Source: Octopus vulgaris (lineage: Eukaryota). Taken from it: a stretch of 64,000 nt of DNA. This document shows, piece after piece, positions 39,458 through 52,130 of the stretch; within the stretch, counting starts at the first letter, position 1, and every line of letters begins with the position of its first letter. A program made the position numbers and the translations under genes. The notes under the pieces were generated by a model. The model was not told where the DNA came from, made no database searches, and saw only the letters and a program-made list of their open reading frames with translations. The stretch is from positions 88,970,001 to 89,034,000 of the forward strand of contig OX597820.1 of the NCBI GenBank assembly GCA_951406725.2, given 5' to 3'.

Positions 39458-40934
39458 CTGTACAAAAATACAAATAATAAAAACATTTAAATTAATCAGT
39501 AAAAGTATTCAAATGTTATGCCAAACCCAGACTCCAATTTAGGAATAAGGTTTACATAGAGGAAAAAAGACCCTAAAGTTAATAGAAAGGGGAATGTTTG
39601 CATGTAGAAATATGAACCCTAAAGTTGATAGGTGATAGGGAATGGGTTATGTATTGGTGTATGGTCCATGAAGTCAATTTCTAATAGATAAATTCACAAT
39701 GGTTACAGTGGAGAAAAAAAAATTCCCTCTTATAGTAAAAGGTGTAAAACACCATATCTGCTCAGTGCTTCACTCTAGTGGATTCCAAGATAAGCATTTT
39801 CAACACTTTAGCCATCCTCAATGGGAATAACAAAGAGAGACAACCCTGGGCAAATTTGAAGCTGTCATTGACTGAGTGGTACTAGTGGGCCACCTGGCTG
39901 GGATAAAAATAGTGGCATCAGCACCAAGCAATGATTAGGAATAAACAAGCTCTAGGTTAGTTAAAACATGTTTGTGACATATTTTAATATCTAAAGGCAA
40001 ATTCACTGCAAAAAAAAATTTCTCTCTTATTGCAAAAGGTACAAAAACACTGATGTTGACTGTTTTTAGTTAAAGCTATAGCTTTGAATTTGCCCAGGGT
40101 TATCTCTCTTCAATATTTCCCATTGATGATGGCTGAAGAGCCAGAAATGCAAGAAATGCACATTTGGGAATTTCTTAGAAGAAAGCACAGGGCAGATATG
40201 GTATTTTTACACCATTTACCATACATATTTTAACTAACCTAAAGGAAAGATGACACATCAAAATAAAAAGAAAATAATAGAAAAGGTAACATATAAATAA
40301 ATAGAAAATAAGAGAAAAAATAAGAAATATTAAATTCCAGATAAGTATCAAAACCAACAAATGAGCAAAAGTCACATGGTTTCATTGGATATTAGTTTAC
40401 ATATATTTGGCATAATTTAAGAAAAATTAGCCATGGTCATCCATTTATTAACTATTTTTCATTCTCTCTCTCACTCTCTCTCATATATATATATATATAA
40501 TGTTTATGTATCTGTTTTGCAAGAATCCCGTGTTGTAACAGATGTAAGTATGTTATAACTACAGTTATACATCACCATTAAAATTTTTGAAAAGTTAATG
40601 AAAGATGAGGGTTAGTGCAAGCTCATCCATAACTCAATGTTTATATTTTCTCAGCTGAGCTTGCATAGGTATTATTACGATATTATTACAAAGATATGCC
40701 AATAATATATAAAGTAAAAATGTTTTTATTTCCTATATTATATATTTTTTTTATTTTGTTAATCTCTTCACGTATGTTTATGGTTATCGCACTGAGACCA
40801 AGGTTAGCATACATATAAAATTACTTAAAATTCAAGGTTTGATTTTTAGAATGATGATATAAGACAATCCCAAATTTTTAGGGTAAATTTTAGGATTTAA
40901 AGGTCGTCCCATACGCAGAAATATACGGTATATA

Positions 40935-41333
40935 GGCGCAGGAGTGGCTGTGTGGTAAGTAGCTTGTCTACCAACCACATGGTTCCGGGTTCAGTCCCAC
41001 TGCGTGGCACCTTGGGCGTCTTCTACTATAGCCTCGGGCCGACCAAAGCCTTGTGAGTGGATTTGGTAGACGGAAACTGAAAGAAGCCCGTCATATATAT
41101 ATATATATATATGCGTGTGTGTGTTTGTGTGTCTGTGTTTGTCTCCTATCATTGCTTGACAACCGATGCTGGTGTGTTTATGTCCCCGTTACTTAGCAGT
41201 TCGGCAAACGAGACCGATAGAATAAGTACTAGGCTTACAAAAGAATAAGTCCCGGGGTCGAGTTGCTCGATTAAAGGCGGTGCTCCGGCATGGCCGCAGT
41301 CAAATGACTGAAACAAGTAAAAGAGTAAAGAGT
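40935..41333 (+). mobile_element. tRNA-derived SINE family A, young full-length copy
   Basis: A-box tggctgtgtggt, B-box ggttcagtccc, internal (TA)/(TG) tract, 3' stem-loop ggccgcagtcaaatgactgaaac and aagtaaaagag tail. More than 15 related copies or fragments in the window. Confidence 0.9.
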
Positions 41334-41778
41334 ATATATATTTGTATATATAAATAGATATAGTGTACCCCCGCCTATTTGCAGTTCGGCATCTGCAGGC
41401 TCGGTTATTCGTGGAACTAATAATTGTTCATGGAAACCACCACATATTTGTGGAATTGTAAATATCGTCTGTGATTTTTTATGGCTTTTTTCAAGGCAAT
41501 ATATATTTTTTCACACATTTTAAGGCTAAATTATTAATAACAATATACTGTATTTGCTGCAGTTGAAGCTCCCTCTAATTAGAAGAGCTGCACATCACGT
41601 TGCTTAATTATTCTAGATACAAGTACACTGTATCTTGTATCTCTTACTCCTGCTTTCAATCAAAGCTTGCTAATCAGTATAGCGACATCTATCTATATTT
41701 CACACATACACACTCTCTATATTTGTCTCTCAACAACAACCTCTCATTGTAGTGAGCGTGTGTGTATATATATATATA

Positions 41779-42146
41779 TACTAGCAGTATCACCCGGCGT
41801 TGCTCAGGTTTGTAAGGGAAATAACTATAAAGCATTTTTAGAGAGTTATAGCCAAAAAATAGCAAAAAAATGGAAAAAAAATTATGGTAAATTTTTTTTT
41901 GAGAGTTAAAAAAGTCGTGTTGTATCACCTAGACAGTCTGTGGTTTGTGTTTCTGATTTTTGACCCCATGTCGAATTTATTGATTTTTTTCAGAACTGGG
42001 GGAACTTTTCAAAATTTTCGCTGCGTTAGTTTTGAATTATGACATTGGGCTATGTGTGTGTCAAGTTTCATCAGAATCGGTTGAAAGCCGTGGTCAGGGT
42101 GAGGGTACAACCTGACAGACAAACTGCCGTTTATAAAGAGAGAGAT
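41779..42146 (+). mobile_element. Non-autonomous Helitron/HINE-like element
   Basis: 5' tactagcagtatcacccggcgttgctcagg (small hairpin) and 3' aagtttcatcagaatcggttgaaa...acagacaaact...tttataaagagagagat; inserted in a TA run. Confidence 0.55.
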
Positions 42147-42348
42147 ATATATAGATATAGATATGTATATATATATATATATGTATGTATATACACACAC
42201 ATATACATATATAGAGATACACATACATATACAAATATATATAGACATACACACATATACATATATACACACATACATAAATACATACACACATATATAC
42301 ACATATGTATATGCACACACATATATATACATGTATATATATACACAC

Positions 42349-42975
42349 ATCATCATCATCATCATCGTTTAATGTCCGTTTTCCGCGCTAGCACGGGTTG
42401 GACGGTTCAACCGGGGTCTGGGGAGCCAGGGGCTGCTCCAGGCTCCAGTCTGATCTGGCAGTGTTTCTACAGCTGGATGCCCTTCCTAACGCCAACCACT
42501 CCGCGAGTGTAGTGGGTGCTTTTTACGTGCCACCTGCACAGGTGCCAGAGGGGTCTGGCATCGGCCACGATCGGTTGGTGCTTTTTTGTGCCACCGGCAC
42601 AGAAGCCAGTCGAGGCGGTGCTGGCGTCGGCCACGTTCGGATGTTGCTTTTTATGTGCCACCGGTACAGAAGCCAGTGGAGGCTGCACTGGTAACGGCCA
42701 CGTTCGGATGGTGCTTTTTATGTGTCACTGGCACAGGTATCACAACTACTGTTTCCATTGATATTTGGTTTGATGTTCATGTACATGCACTTGACTCAAC
42801 AGGTCTCCTCAAGCACAGCGAGATGTTCCGGGATCCCACGATCGGTCTGGTGCTTTTTATGTGCCACCAGCACAGAAGCCAGTCGAGGCGGTGCCGGCAT
42901 CGGCCACGTTCGGATGGTGCTTTTTATGTGCCACCGGCACAGAAGCCACACGGGGCGGTGCTGGCATCGGCCACA
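42349..42975 (-). mobile_element. LINE 3'-UTR-derived repeat with (GAT)n tail and internal ~62-bp tandem units
   Basis: catcatcgtttaatgtccg...ctggatgcccttcctaacgccaacc, followed by repeated ggtgctttttaYgtgccaccggcac units. Copies at about 9132-9495, 18055-18430, 24790-25072, 32520-32838, 48850-49155, 52780-52960 and 57822-58250. Contiguous with LINE coding 3' ends at 47590-48252 and 61810-62061. Confidence 0.8.
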
Positions 42976-43171
42976 TATACAATATATATATATATACATA
43001 TACACACACACACACATATATATATACATATATACACACACACGCACACACATATATATATATATACATATATACACACACACATATACATATATATATA
43101 TATACATACACACACACACTCATGCATATACATGTATACAATTGATCAAATAACTGTTTTTATGAATTGAT

Positions 43172-43574
43172 TACTCTTTTTACTCTTTTACTTGTTTCAG
43201 TCATTTGACTGCGGCCATGCTGGAGCACCACCTTTAATCGAGCAACTCGACCCCGGGACTTATTCTTTGTAAGCCCAGTACTTATTCTATCGGTCTCTTT
43301 TTGCCGAACTGCTAAGTGACGGGGATATAAACACCAGCATCGGTTGTCAAGCAATGCTAGGGGGACAAACACAGACACACAAACACATACATATATATAT
43401 ATATATACATATATACGACGGACTTCTTTCAGTTTCCGTCTACCAAATCCACTCACAAGGCTTTGGTCGGCCCAAGGCTATAGTAGAAGACACTTGCCCA
43501 AGGTGCCACGCAGTGGGACTGAACCCGGAACCATGTGGTTGGTAAACAAGCTACTTACCACACAGCCACTCCTG
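43172..43574 (-). mobile_element. SINE family A copy
   Basis: Near-identical reverse complement of 40935-41333. Confidence 0.9.
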
Positions 43575-44874
43575 ACTAATAATGAGAAATGAAACATAGC
43601 CTATGCATGTGCTTTAATTAGCAAAATGATGACCCTTTCAAAATACCACTGTTCAACACAAGGCCACATTAAGAATCTATCAAGCAACTACACAGACTAC
43701 AGACAAACAGACAGCCTCACACACACACACACAGATACATACCCGACTATCCTATGCTAAAGTTGTATTTTCTTAGTTTTGTTTTTAAACATTTTTCTTT
43801 TGAGGAAAGGTGATGCTGCTTTTTAACTACATTTGTGTGAACAACAACACAAAAATGTAAATGGCTATTATGCATTTATAAACGACCCAGTTTATATGGG
43901 TTGTTGCATGTGTAAACTTCCAGACAGGGATTGTGTATATAGCAACATAAACGAATTTGTTATTTATTTATTTATTTTACATTTTCTGAAACTAGAACAA
44001 TTGTGCTAATTAAGTTTTGTGCTTATTAAGCAACATATTATCTATGTAATTGTAAGTTTTATATATGATTTAGTCAGAGAAGAAAGACAAGGTCTTTATG
44101 GATGGTGGGGAATGGAGGGGAAGAAACCATGGCCTAATGGATATTGCAGTAAAAAAAAAAACACAGAACATAAAAAGTTAAGTCTTATGAGTTAGGACTT
44201 ATGCCAGACCTAGGTAATAGCATACATATTCTCAGTTTGTCAAAGATTTTGAACTTACTATGTTACATATATCAGGTTTACTAAATGTGTATATAGCATT
44301 CAAAATGCATTCCCCTCAGATATCTCACAATCTGAATGATTGAGATATTCAGGTGAAACTATGTAATTCTAGCTAACTTATCTCTGATTAAATTTTAAGA
44401 TCAAGAGATTTCAAGACTTAAGCATCCCATTTTTTACCAAATTAAGGCATAACAAGTCTGGGACAACATTATGTCATAGTAGAACATTGCTCAAATGCTT
44501 TAGTTCCCACAGTATCAAAAATGCAAACACTTCTTATATGTATATAGCATGAGCACTGAATCCCTATGTTACACCTGAATATTATCAATTAGTTACATAT
44601 TGGCATGGGTGCTGGCACCAGGTAAAAAGCACCCAGTACATTCTGTAATGTAATTGACATTAGGAAGGGCAACCAGTTGTAGAAACCAAGCCAAAACAGA
44701 CTATAGAACCTGGTGCAGTTTCTGCAAGTTCCTGCCAAACCATCCGACCCATACAGGCATGGAAAACAAGACGTTAAATGTTGATGATGGTGATGATCCA
44801 TGACATAGATTGGCTTACAGTACTTGCTGTTGCCACCATCATCACTACCAGGCATGCTCAACTTCCGAGGACAT

Positions 44875-45270
44875 ATTATCTTACTAGTGATATGTAGAGA
44901 ACAGTCTTCTCTATCGAGTCGATACTGGGACTATGAAGAGGGAATTTGAAGATCATTTTGGTGGTACTTACATCAGATTTCTCATGAGGATTCAAAACAT
45001 CCCATGGCATGAGCACAAGGACAAAGAGAAAATTTATGGACACATTAGACCCAAATCTACTATTGTTGTTCAATGCAGAGTAAGCTTTGCTGGCCACTGC
45101 TATCAAACAGAAGAATAAGTCATATCAGATGTTATATTTTAGGGACTTTAACACTGAAATAGAGGATGAAGACCACTCAGCTACATTGATGTTATAAGCA
45201 GCAACACACAACATTAAGAGCTAGCAAAGTAACTGGGGGATAGAGATGCCTAGCACAGCGCAGTGAAATG
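44875..45270 (+). mobile_element. RTE-clade LINE C-terminal remnant (second family)
   Basis: VENSLLY...GTYIRFLMRIQNIPWHEH...IYG...RVSFAGHCY, typical of the RTE ORF2 C-terminus. Confidence 0.7.
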
Positions 45271-46487
45271 AATTCTTGGTTGTAACCACCTGATGAATAA
45301 GTGTGGCTGAATGACACAGTCACCCATACTCCACATGTTGAGGAAACACAATATTCCCTCAATCACTCTTAAATCACATCCAACCTTGCTAAAAAAAAGG
45401 AAGGATACATAACAAATCTAGGATATCATCACAGGGATTAGAAATTCAAGACCGGATGGCCAAGACTGGAATACCTTTGATTGTAAATCTACTTGATCAG
45501 AATTGACCTGAGGCTAAACAAGAGATTTCGATGTAATTAACTGATTATTGTTTATAAAAATTTTGGAAATGTCTCCCTCTACCTAAGTTACATTAAACCG
45601 TTGATCTGATATTTACCTCAACCCAATGCAAAGTTTTTGATTAATTAAACTTTTCTTAGTTGTCACTAATACATATATACATTGGTGTATAAGGGACACC
45701 TCTCTGTGGTCACTTGACATACTACAAATAGTAGTCAAATCTCTTTCAAATTAAACCCTAGAGTCTTTAAAAAAGAACACATTGGTTATAGTTGACATAG
45801 ATACAGTATGCTTAATGTACAAAGATGGGGTGGTCATAACCAGAACAACCATCCTGGAATGTCTTTGATCAAAGTAGTCTAGCTAGCCTAGGGCTCAACA
45901 ACAACTTGTGAGAGTAGCCCCTACACCAGAAAGAAATATCTAAGTTGATCTCTTACTGTGACTCTCAGGTGCATTTATCAGCAACTGACAATCTTATCTT
46001 TCAATGTAATCCAATATTATCATTTTTTATAATCAACAATGTCATACTGCCATTTCCCCTCAAGTTTATCATACAGCCCTCCCCCACACACATATCACCA
46101 CCACTTGGTCTTCTAAGATTTCTTTGTGCCATATTGCTGATAATAACATCTGTTCACCTCCCTCATGTGTGTCTCTTAGTCACAGTTAAGCCACACAGAG
46201 TGAAAAGCATGCAGTTTTTTTTTTACTTTTGTTTTAAAATGTCAAAAACTGCTTTAACCTTGAAAGATCTTCTCAAAGAGGCACAGGGTGCATCAAAGTA
46301 CAGAGATAAATTGTAGCAGATGAGAATCATCTGTTGTCTGCTGCAATTTACGTCAGTGCTTTTATGCACAATGTTCCTATATAAAAGAATCTCTCAAGGT
46401 TAATAACACAGTATCTGGCATTTTAACAAAACAACTACATTAAGTTGGATACAAAGATTACCTTTTGGTACTAATACTGCTTCAATT

Positions 46488-46897
46488 TCTTTTACTCTTT
46501 TACTTGTTTCAGTCATTTGACTGTGGCCATGCTGGAGCACCGCCTTTAGTCAAGCAAATCGACCCCAGGACATTTTCTTTGTATACCTAGTACTTATTCT
46601 TTCAGTCACCCTTGCCAAACCGCCAAGTTACGGGGACGTAAACACACCAGCATCGGTGGTCAAGTGATAGTGGGAGGACAAACACAGATACACAAACATA
46701 TGCACAAACACACACACACATATATATATATACATATATATGACGGGCTTTTTTCAGTTTCCATCTGTCAAAATCCACTCACAAGGCTTTGGTCTGCTTG
46801 AGGCTATAGCAGAAGACACTTGCCCAAGGTGCCATGCAGTGGGACTGAACACGGAATCATGTAGTTGGTAAGCAAGCTACTTACCACACAGTCACTC
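46488..46897 (-). mobile_element. SINE family A copy
   Basis: Same family. Further copies or fragments at about 1209-1560, 22664-23012, 26815-27195, 38485-38840, 49520-49740, 52430-52585, 53020-53180, 58262-58480, 60485-60595 and 63830-63960. Confidence 0.85.
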
Positions 46898-47164
46898 TTT
46901 TTATTTTTAAATAGGAAGCAAAACAACAACAAAAAAACAAACAAATGGGCGGGGTTTCATTACATGTGGTAGATGAAACCAAAAAACAAAGACACTACAA
47001 ATGTGACGCCCAAACACATTACAAACGAGAGGTGTCACCCAAACATATGTGAGAGGTATCACTCAAACAATCCAATAAGATTATCAATAAGGCATTAACA
47101 ATAAAGGGGTAACTGAGGTGTTTATTCCAAACACCTACAGCCATAAATGAAACATCCTCTAAAT

Positions 47165-47532
47165 CAGTGATTCTCGGGGGGGGGGCTTATAAGATTTTTA
47201 GGGGGCCCACACAAGCAAAATAGTAAATTGGGGAACCATAATAGTATTTCAAGGGTCCATGGAAAATAAAAATTGCATTAGATGTATTTATAGCAAGAAA
47301 CAGTTGGGTTTCTTTCTCTAACGTTGTACGTAGTTTATCATGTTTCTTAGCAACTGAAACACATTCTGTAGGGCAGTGCTTATTGCAAACCTATACAAGA
47401 GAAACGTGAAAAACAAAATGAGAATTTTGAAATAAGCATCTATAAAAAAAGCTTTAAAATGGCTGTGGGGATCTGCTAGAATGAAATAGTAATCAAAAGG
47501 GTCCAGAGGTAAAAAATGGTTGAGACCCATCG
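47165..47532. mobile_element. hAT-like MITE (same family as 16730-17201)
   Basis: Same internal sequence (aatagtaaattg, gcaagaaacag, aaatagtaatcaaa, aaaaatggttgaga). 8-bp flanks ctctaaat / atctaaac. Confidence 0.75.
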
Positions 47533-47779
47533 ATCTAAACAGTCTCTCAATTTGCTAGATACAGCAACTAAATTTCTCTTTTGATGTGCTGACTTCTAAC
47601 TGTGGAGGGAACCTGTAGGAGAGGTAGACTCAGAAAAACAAGGGTTAAGTTAATGAAATAGGATCTTTGGATGTTGAATCTCATGGATGCAATGACAGCG
47701 ACCAAGACTTTTAGCGATTTGCTGTGCTTGAGAAGACATGTCAAACTAAGTGAAATCAATTGTGGCCAGTGTCACATGA

Positions 47780-48100
47780 AAAGCACTTGTGCTGTGACAT
47801 GTAAGAGGCACCCGTGCTGGCAACACATAAGAGGCACCTGTGCTGGCAACACATAAAGAGACACCTGTGCTGGCGACACATAAGAGGCACCTGTGCTGGT
47901 GATATATAAAAGGCACCTGTGCTGGCAACATATAAGAGGTACCCATGCCAGCAACATCTAAGAGGCACCTGTTCTGGTGACACAAAACAGGTACCTGCCG
48001 GCGACACATAAGAGGCACTTGTGCTTGTGACACATAAAAAACACCTGTACCAGTAAAATGTAAAAGGCACCTGTGCCAGTAAAACATAAAAGGCACCCAG
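47780..48100. repeat. ~22-bp minisatellite inside a LINE 3' UTR
   Basis: Tandem aagaggcacctgtgctggcaacacat units, related to the reverse complement of 27700-28140. Confidence 0.85.
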
Positions 48101-50011
48101 TACACTCTGTGGAGTGACTGATGTTAGGAAGGGCAATCAGTCATAGAAACCAAACCACTGGAGACTGATGCACCTCTCCAGCTTACCAGCCTCAGTCAAA
48201 CTGTCTTACTCATACGAGCAGGGAAAACGGATGCTAAATCATGATGATGATGGTGAAAGAGAAGAAAGGACAGGGAAGTTCTTTTTTATTGATTCTATTG
48301 CCTTAAGGCAACAACGACAGAACAAATAGTTATTATATCTTAAATGAATTAACCAGTTTATATAATTTGTAGTTTGCCCAATCTTCATATGACAGGGATT
48401 GTGTACACAGCAATGTTACTTAACAAATGGGAATTGTTTTTTATTTTACATTTCTCAAAATTAAAATGTGCAAATTAAGCTGTGTGTTTGCAAAGCTTAT
48501 CAGCACATTACCTATGTAATTATCTATATAATTAGAAATTTTATTTATAGCTTAGGCAGAGAAGAAGGAGTAACACTCCTGACCTTTGTAGTGGATTTTG
48601 TTAACAGTTAAGATGGAGAGTAAGGGAGGTAACAAACAACTTCGAGGTTACTGCTGCAGGAAACACCACATCACTTCACACTACTGAAGATGGATGAAAG
48701 GTGAAATCGACTGGTTGAATATGACATCAGAATTCAAGGTAACAAGGCTAACTCCATCACGGTCCAACATATTTAGTCATCTTTTGACTTAATCATTTCA
48801 ACTCTAGGCACAAGGCCAGCAATTTTTTAGGGAGAAGGGCGCCTTTTTTTTGTGCCGGTGGCACGTAAAAAGCACCATCCGTACGTGGCCGATGCCAGCA
48901 CTGCCTTGACTGGCTTCCATGCTGGTGGCACATAAAAAGCACCAATGCGATCATGGCTGTTGCCAGCCTCCCCTGGCATGTAAAAAGCACCCACTACACT
49001 CACGGAGTGGTTGGCATTAGGAAGGGCATCCAGCTGTAGAAACACTGCCAGATCAGACTGGGCCTGGTGCAGCCTCCTGGCTTCCCAGACCCCGGTCGAA
49101 CCGTCCAACCCATGCTAGCATGGAAAACGGACGTTAAACGATGATGATAATGATGAAGGGGATAGTTGTTACAGTGATTGCAGTGCACAACTGGTACTTA
49201 TTTCACCGACCCTAAAAAGATGAAAAGCAAAGTCGACCTCAGTGGAATTTGAACTCAGGACAAAGACGGATGACATGCTGCTAAGCATTTTGTCTGGCAT
49301 GCTAATGGTTCAGCCAGCTTGCTGTCTTTTTCTGACTTAGTATAACTAAATATGTACAGCAGGACCGCACCCAGACAATATGGCTGTGACACACATGTAC
49401 ACATAGAGAATTCATTTTGTAAATTCATCAAAATTTATGTATAAATATTTGTGAAATATGAAAAATAATAAAAAAGAGAGTAAAGCTTTTAATGTAATGC
49501 ATACACACACATTATATATCCACTGTTTTCTTGTTTCTGTCATGAGACTGCAAACCATGCTGGGGCACAATCTTGAATGTATCAACCCCAGTACTTATTT
49601 TTTTATAATCCTAGTAGTTATTCTATTGGTCTCTTTTGCCGAGCAACTAAGTTATGGGGATGTAAACACACCAGCACCAGTTGTCAAGTGGTGGTGGTAG
49701 TGGGGGTGGCAAACACAGACACAAAGACACACACACACAGATATATATATTTCATTATTGCTCACAGGGGGCTAAACATAGAGGGGACAAACAAAGATTA
49801 AGTCAATTACATCAATCCCAGTGCGTAACTGGTACTTATTTAATTGACCCCGAAAGGATGAAAGGCAAAGTCAACTTCAGCGGAAATTGAATTCAGAATG
49901 TAATGGCAGACAAAATACTGCTAAGCATTTCGCCCGGCATGGTAACAATTCTGCCAGCTTGCCGACACATAGATATATATTTTCTCTCTCTCTTTTTTTC
50001 GCTATTCCACC

Positions 50012-52130
50012 ATGCCGGATTATAAATCCTACCTCCTCACTATCCACCACCGTTTGAAAGATTACCTCCACCTACTCCCTCCAAACTGCTTTCAGCTGTC
50101 CATTAATCTCCCTCTGCTCCTTTTTAAAAAAACCCACTTCTCTAGCCATGTCTCTTTTCTAAGCCGCTGCCTACATCACCGACTCATCCCTAAAGGTTTC
50201 CGCCTCCATTTCCACCCTGCTCTCCACTCGGCTTCTTCCATCTTACCCATACTCCGCACCACATCTTACCGCCTTATGTGTGCCACCATTCGCTCCAATC
50301 TTTCTAAACTACATACCATCGACTGCCTTCTCCCTCCTGCTTTTTCCATCTTTTTCTCTTCTCTGCCACCTTTCCATGCTCAAAACACGCTACGCTTCAT
50401 TATCCATTTAAATCACCTCTTCCATCAATTTCTTTCCATTATCAAACTTCGTAAACTCCAATGACTCCTCTATTCCACCAAACCCGACGCCACTACCCCA
50501 ACTCCTCCACTGCCCTTCTCTCCTCCTGATAGGCTCCACCCACCCACACCTAACCCCACTGTCCCTCCTAACAACCCCCCACACACCTCTCCAATCCCTC
50601 CCCCTCAGACCTCCACCAGCCCTACCACCCCTCCTACTCCCATTCCATCCACCCCTCATACTTCTATTCCACCCACCCCTTCTCCACTTCCGTCTATTGT
50701 TACCATTCCCCCTGATCTTCCCTTCTCTGCGGTGGAGTGCTCCGTCCACGGTAGGGGTCTGCGTTTCATCCCCCTCACTCCATCCTGTAAGGAATTCCAG
50801 ACGCGTGCTGATGTCCACAGCTTTGTGCGCCGCGTCAGGTTGGGTGCGTTTTTCTGCGACTCACCACCCGCATCCAACGATCTGGGACGCCTGCCCCTGG
50901 CCAGTTCCTAGCAGTGGATCTTTTCGCGGGCGCCTGTCAGCGTGCGTTGGAGCGGTTCAACTTCTCCAGGCGCCACTGCTGCCTCAACATCTCCCCGGCC
51001 GAGCTCTCGGCTCTTCGTTCCCTCCAACGGCGCGCTGACATTATCATCAAACCGGCTGACAACCTGTTCATTGGCTATGTTGAGGCCCAAATATTCTGTA
51101 GTTTCACTGGTCCCACTCCCGAACTATACGGTCGTTACATTGACGACATTATCGGTGCCACCTCACTCTCCCGTGAACATCTAGATTCCTTCCTCTCTTT
51201 CGTTCAATCCTTCCATCCTGCCCTCCACTTCACCTCCAACACCTCTGTCTCCTTCCTTGACATTTCAGTCAGCATTAATCACTCCACTCTTACCACCTCC
51301 ATTCACTACAAACTCACACTCATACCTAAACTTCTCTTCCTCCCACCCCAAACACACCAAGCTTTCCATCCCCTATTCCTCCGTCTACGTAGGCTCTGTA
51401 GTGACGACCATGACTTTGAGACTCAGTCTCAACTCATGGCTCGCCACTTCATCCTACGTGGATACCCCCTCACCACTATCCACACCGCCCTTGCCAGAGC
51501 ACGTTCCGTAGACCGTGCATCTGCTCTCTCCCGCCGAAACCGCCCTGTAGTCTCCCGCCTCCCTTACCACTCCACGACCCTACCTCTCCAACACACCATT
51601 CTTCGAGCTTTCCGGCATCTCCAGTCCGACCCGTCTACTTCACACCTCTTCCCTAACCGACCCCTCCCCTCCTTCAAACGAGCCCATAACCTACGAGACA
51701 TCTTGGTCCACAGCTCCTTCCCTGACCCTACCTCCCAACCTGGCTCGTTACCCTGCTCCCGCCCACGTTGCCGCACTTGCCCTTACCTCTCCAACACCAT
51801 CCTTCTCACTGGCACCCATCATCGACCCTATCGCATCATCAACTCCTTCACCTGCACCTCCAGCAATATCATCTATTGCATCTCCTGCTCTCTCTGCCAT
51901 TCCCTGTACATCGGACAAACGGGACGCCGCTTGGCGGACCAGTTCGCAGAACACCTCTGTGACATCCGCCTTGCCAATGACACACCGGTGTCACGCCATT
52001 TCCGCTCCACCAGTCACTCCTTGCAACACCTGTCTGTGTTCAGATTGTCCCGTTTGCGCCGTGAACAGGAATTAATCTTCTCTCTTCGCTCTTTCAAGCC
52101 ATTTGGTTTCAACTCACCCCCACCCCCCAC
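50012..52130 (+). mobile_element. Decayed Penelope-like element (RT + GIY-YIG endonuclease, Cys-rich linker as in Neptune-type PLEs)
   Basis: ORF 50012: FLSRCLHHRLIPKGFRL (PLE N-terminal motif); GRGLRFIP near 50750. ORF 50914: IIKPAD, YGRYIDDI (RT catalytic motif, 51136-51147), SVSFLDI, LRLRRLCS, PCSRPRCRTCPY, NIIYCISC...YIGQTGRRL..EH (GIY-YIG). Frameshifted, with a large internal RT deletion. Confidence 0.9.

Noticed and set aside
42514-42975. CRISPR-like array (conserved ~25-bp ggtgctttttaYgtgccaccggcac repeat with ~37-bp spacers; also 9290-9490 and 57992-58210)
   Set aside because: Spacers are homologous to each other, the arrays sit inside a dispersed LINE 3' UTR, the context is eukaryotic and there are no cas genes; it is a minisatellite.
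42009-43170. Many overlapping ORFs rich in Y/I/H/T/C/V (also at 6887-7292, 23858-24248 and 60001-60388)
   Set aside because: Translations of (TA)n/(TG)n/(CA)n microsatellites and repeat bodies, which lack stop codons by composition.
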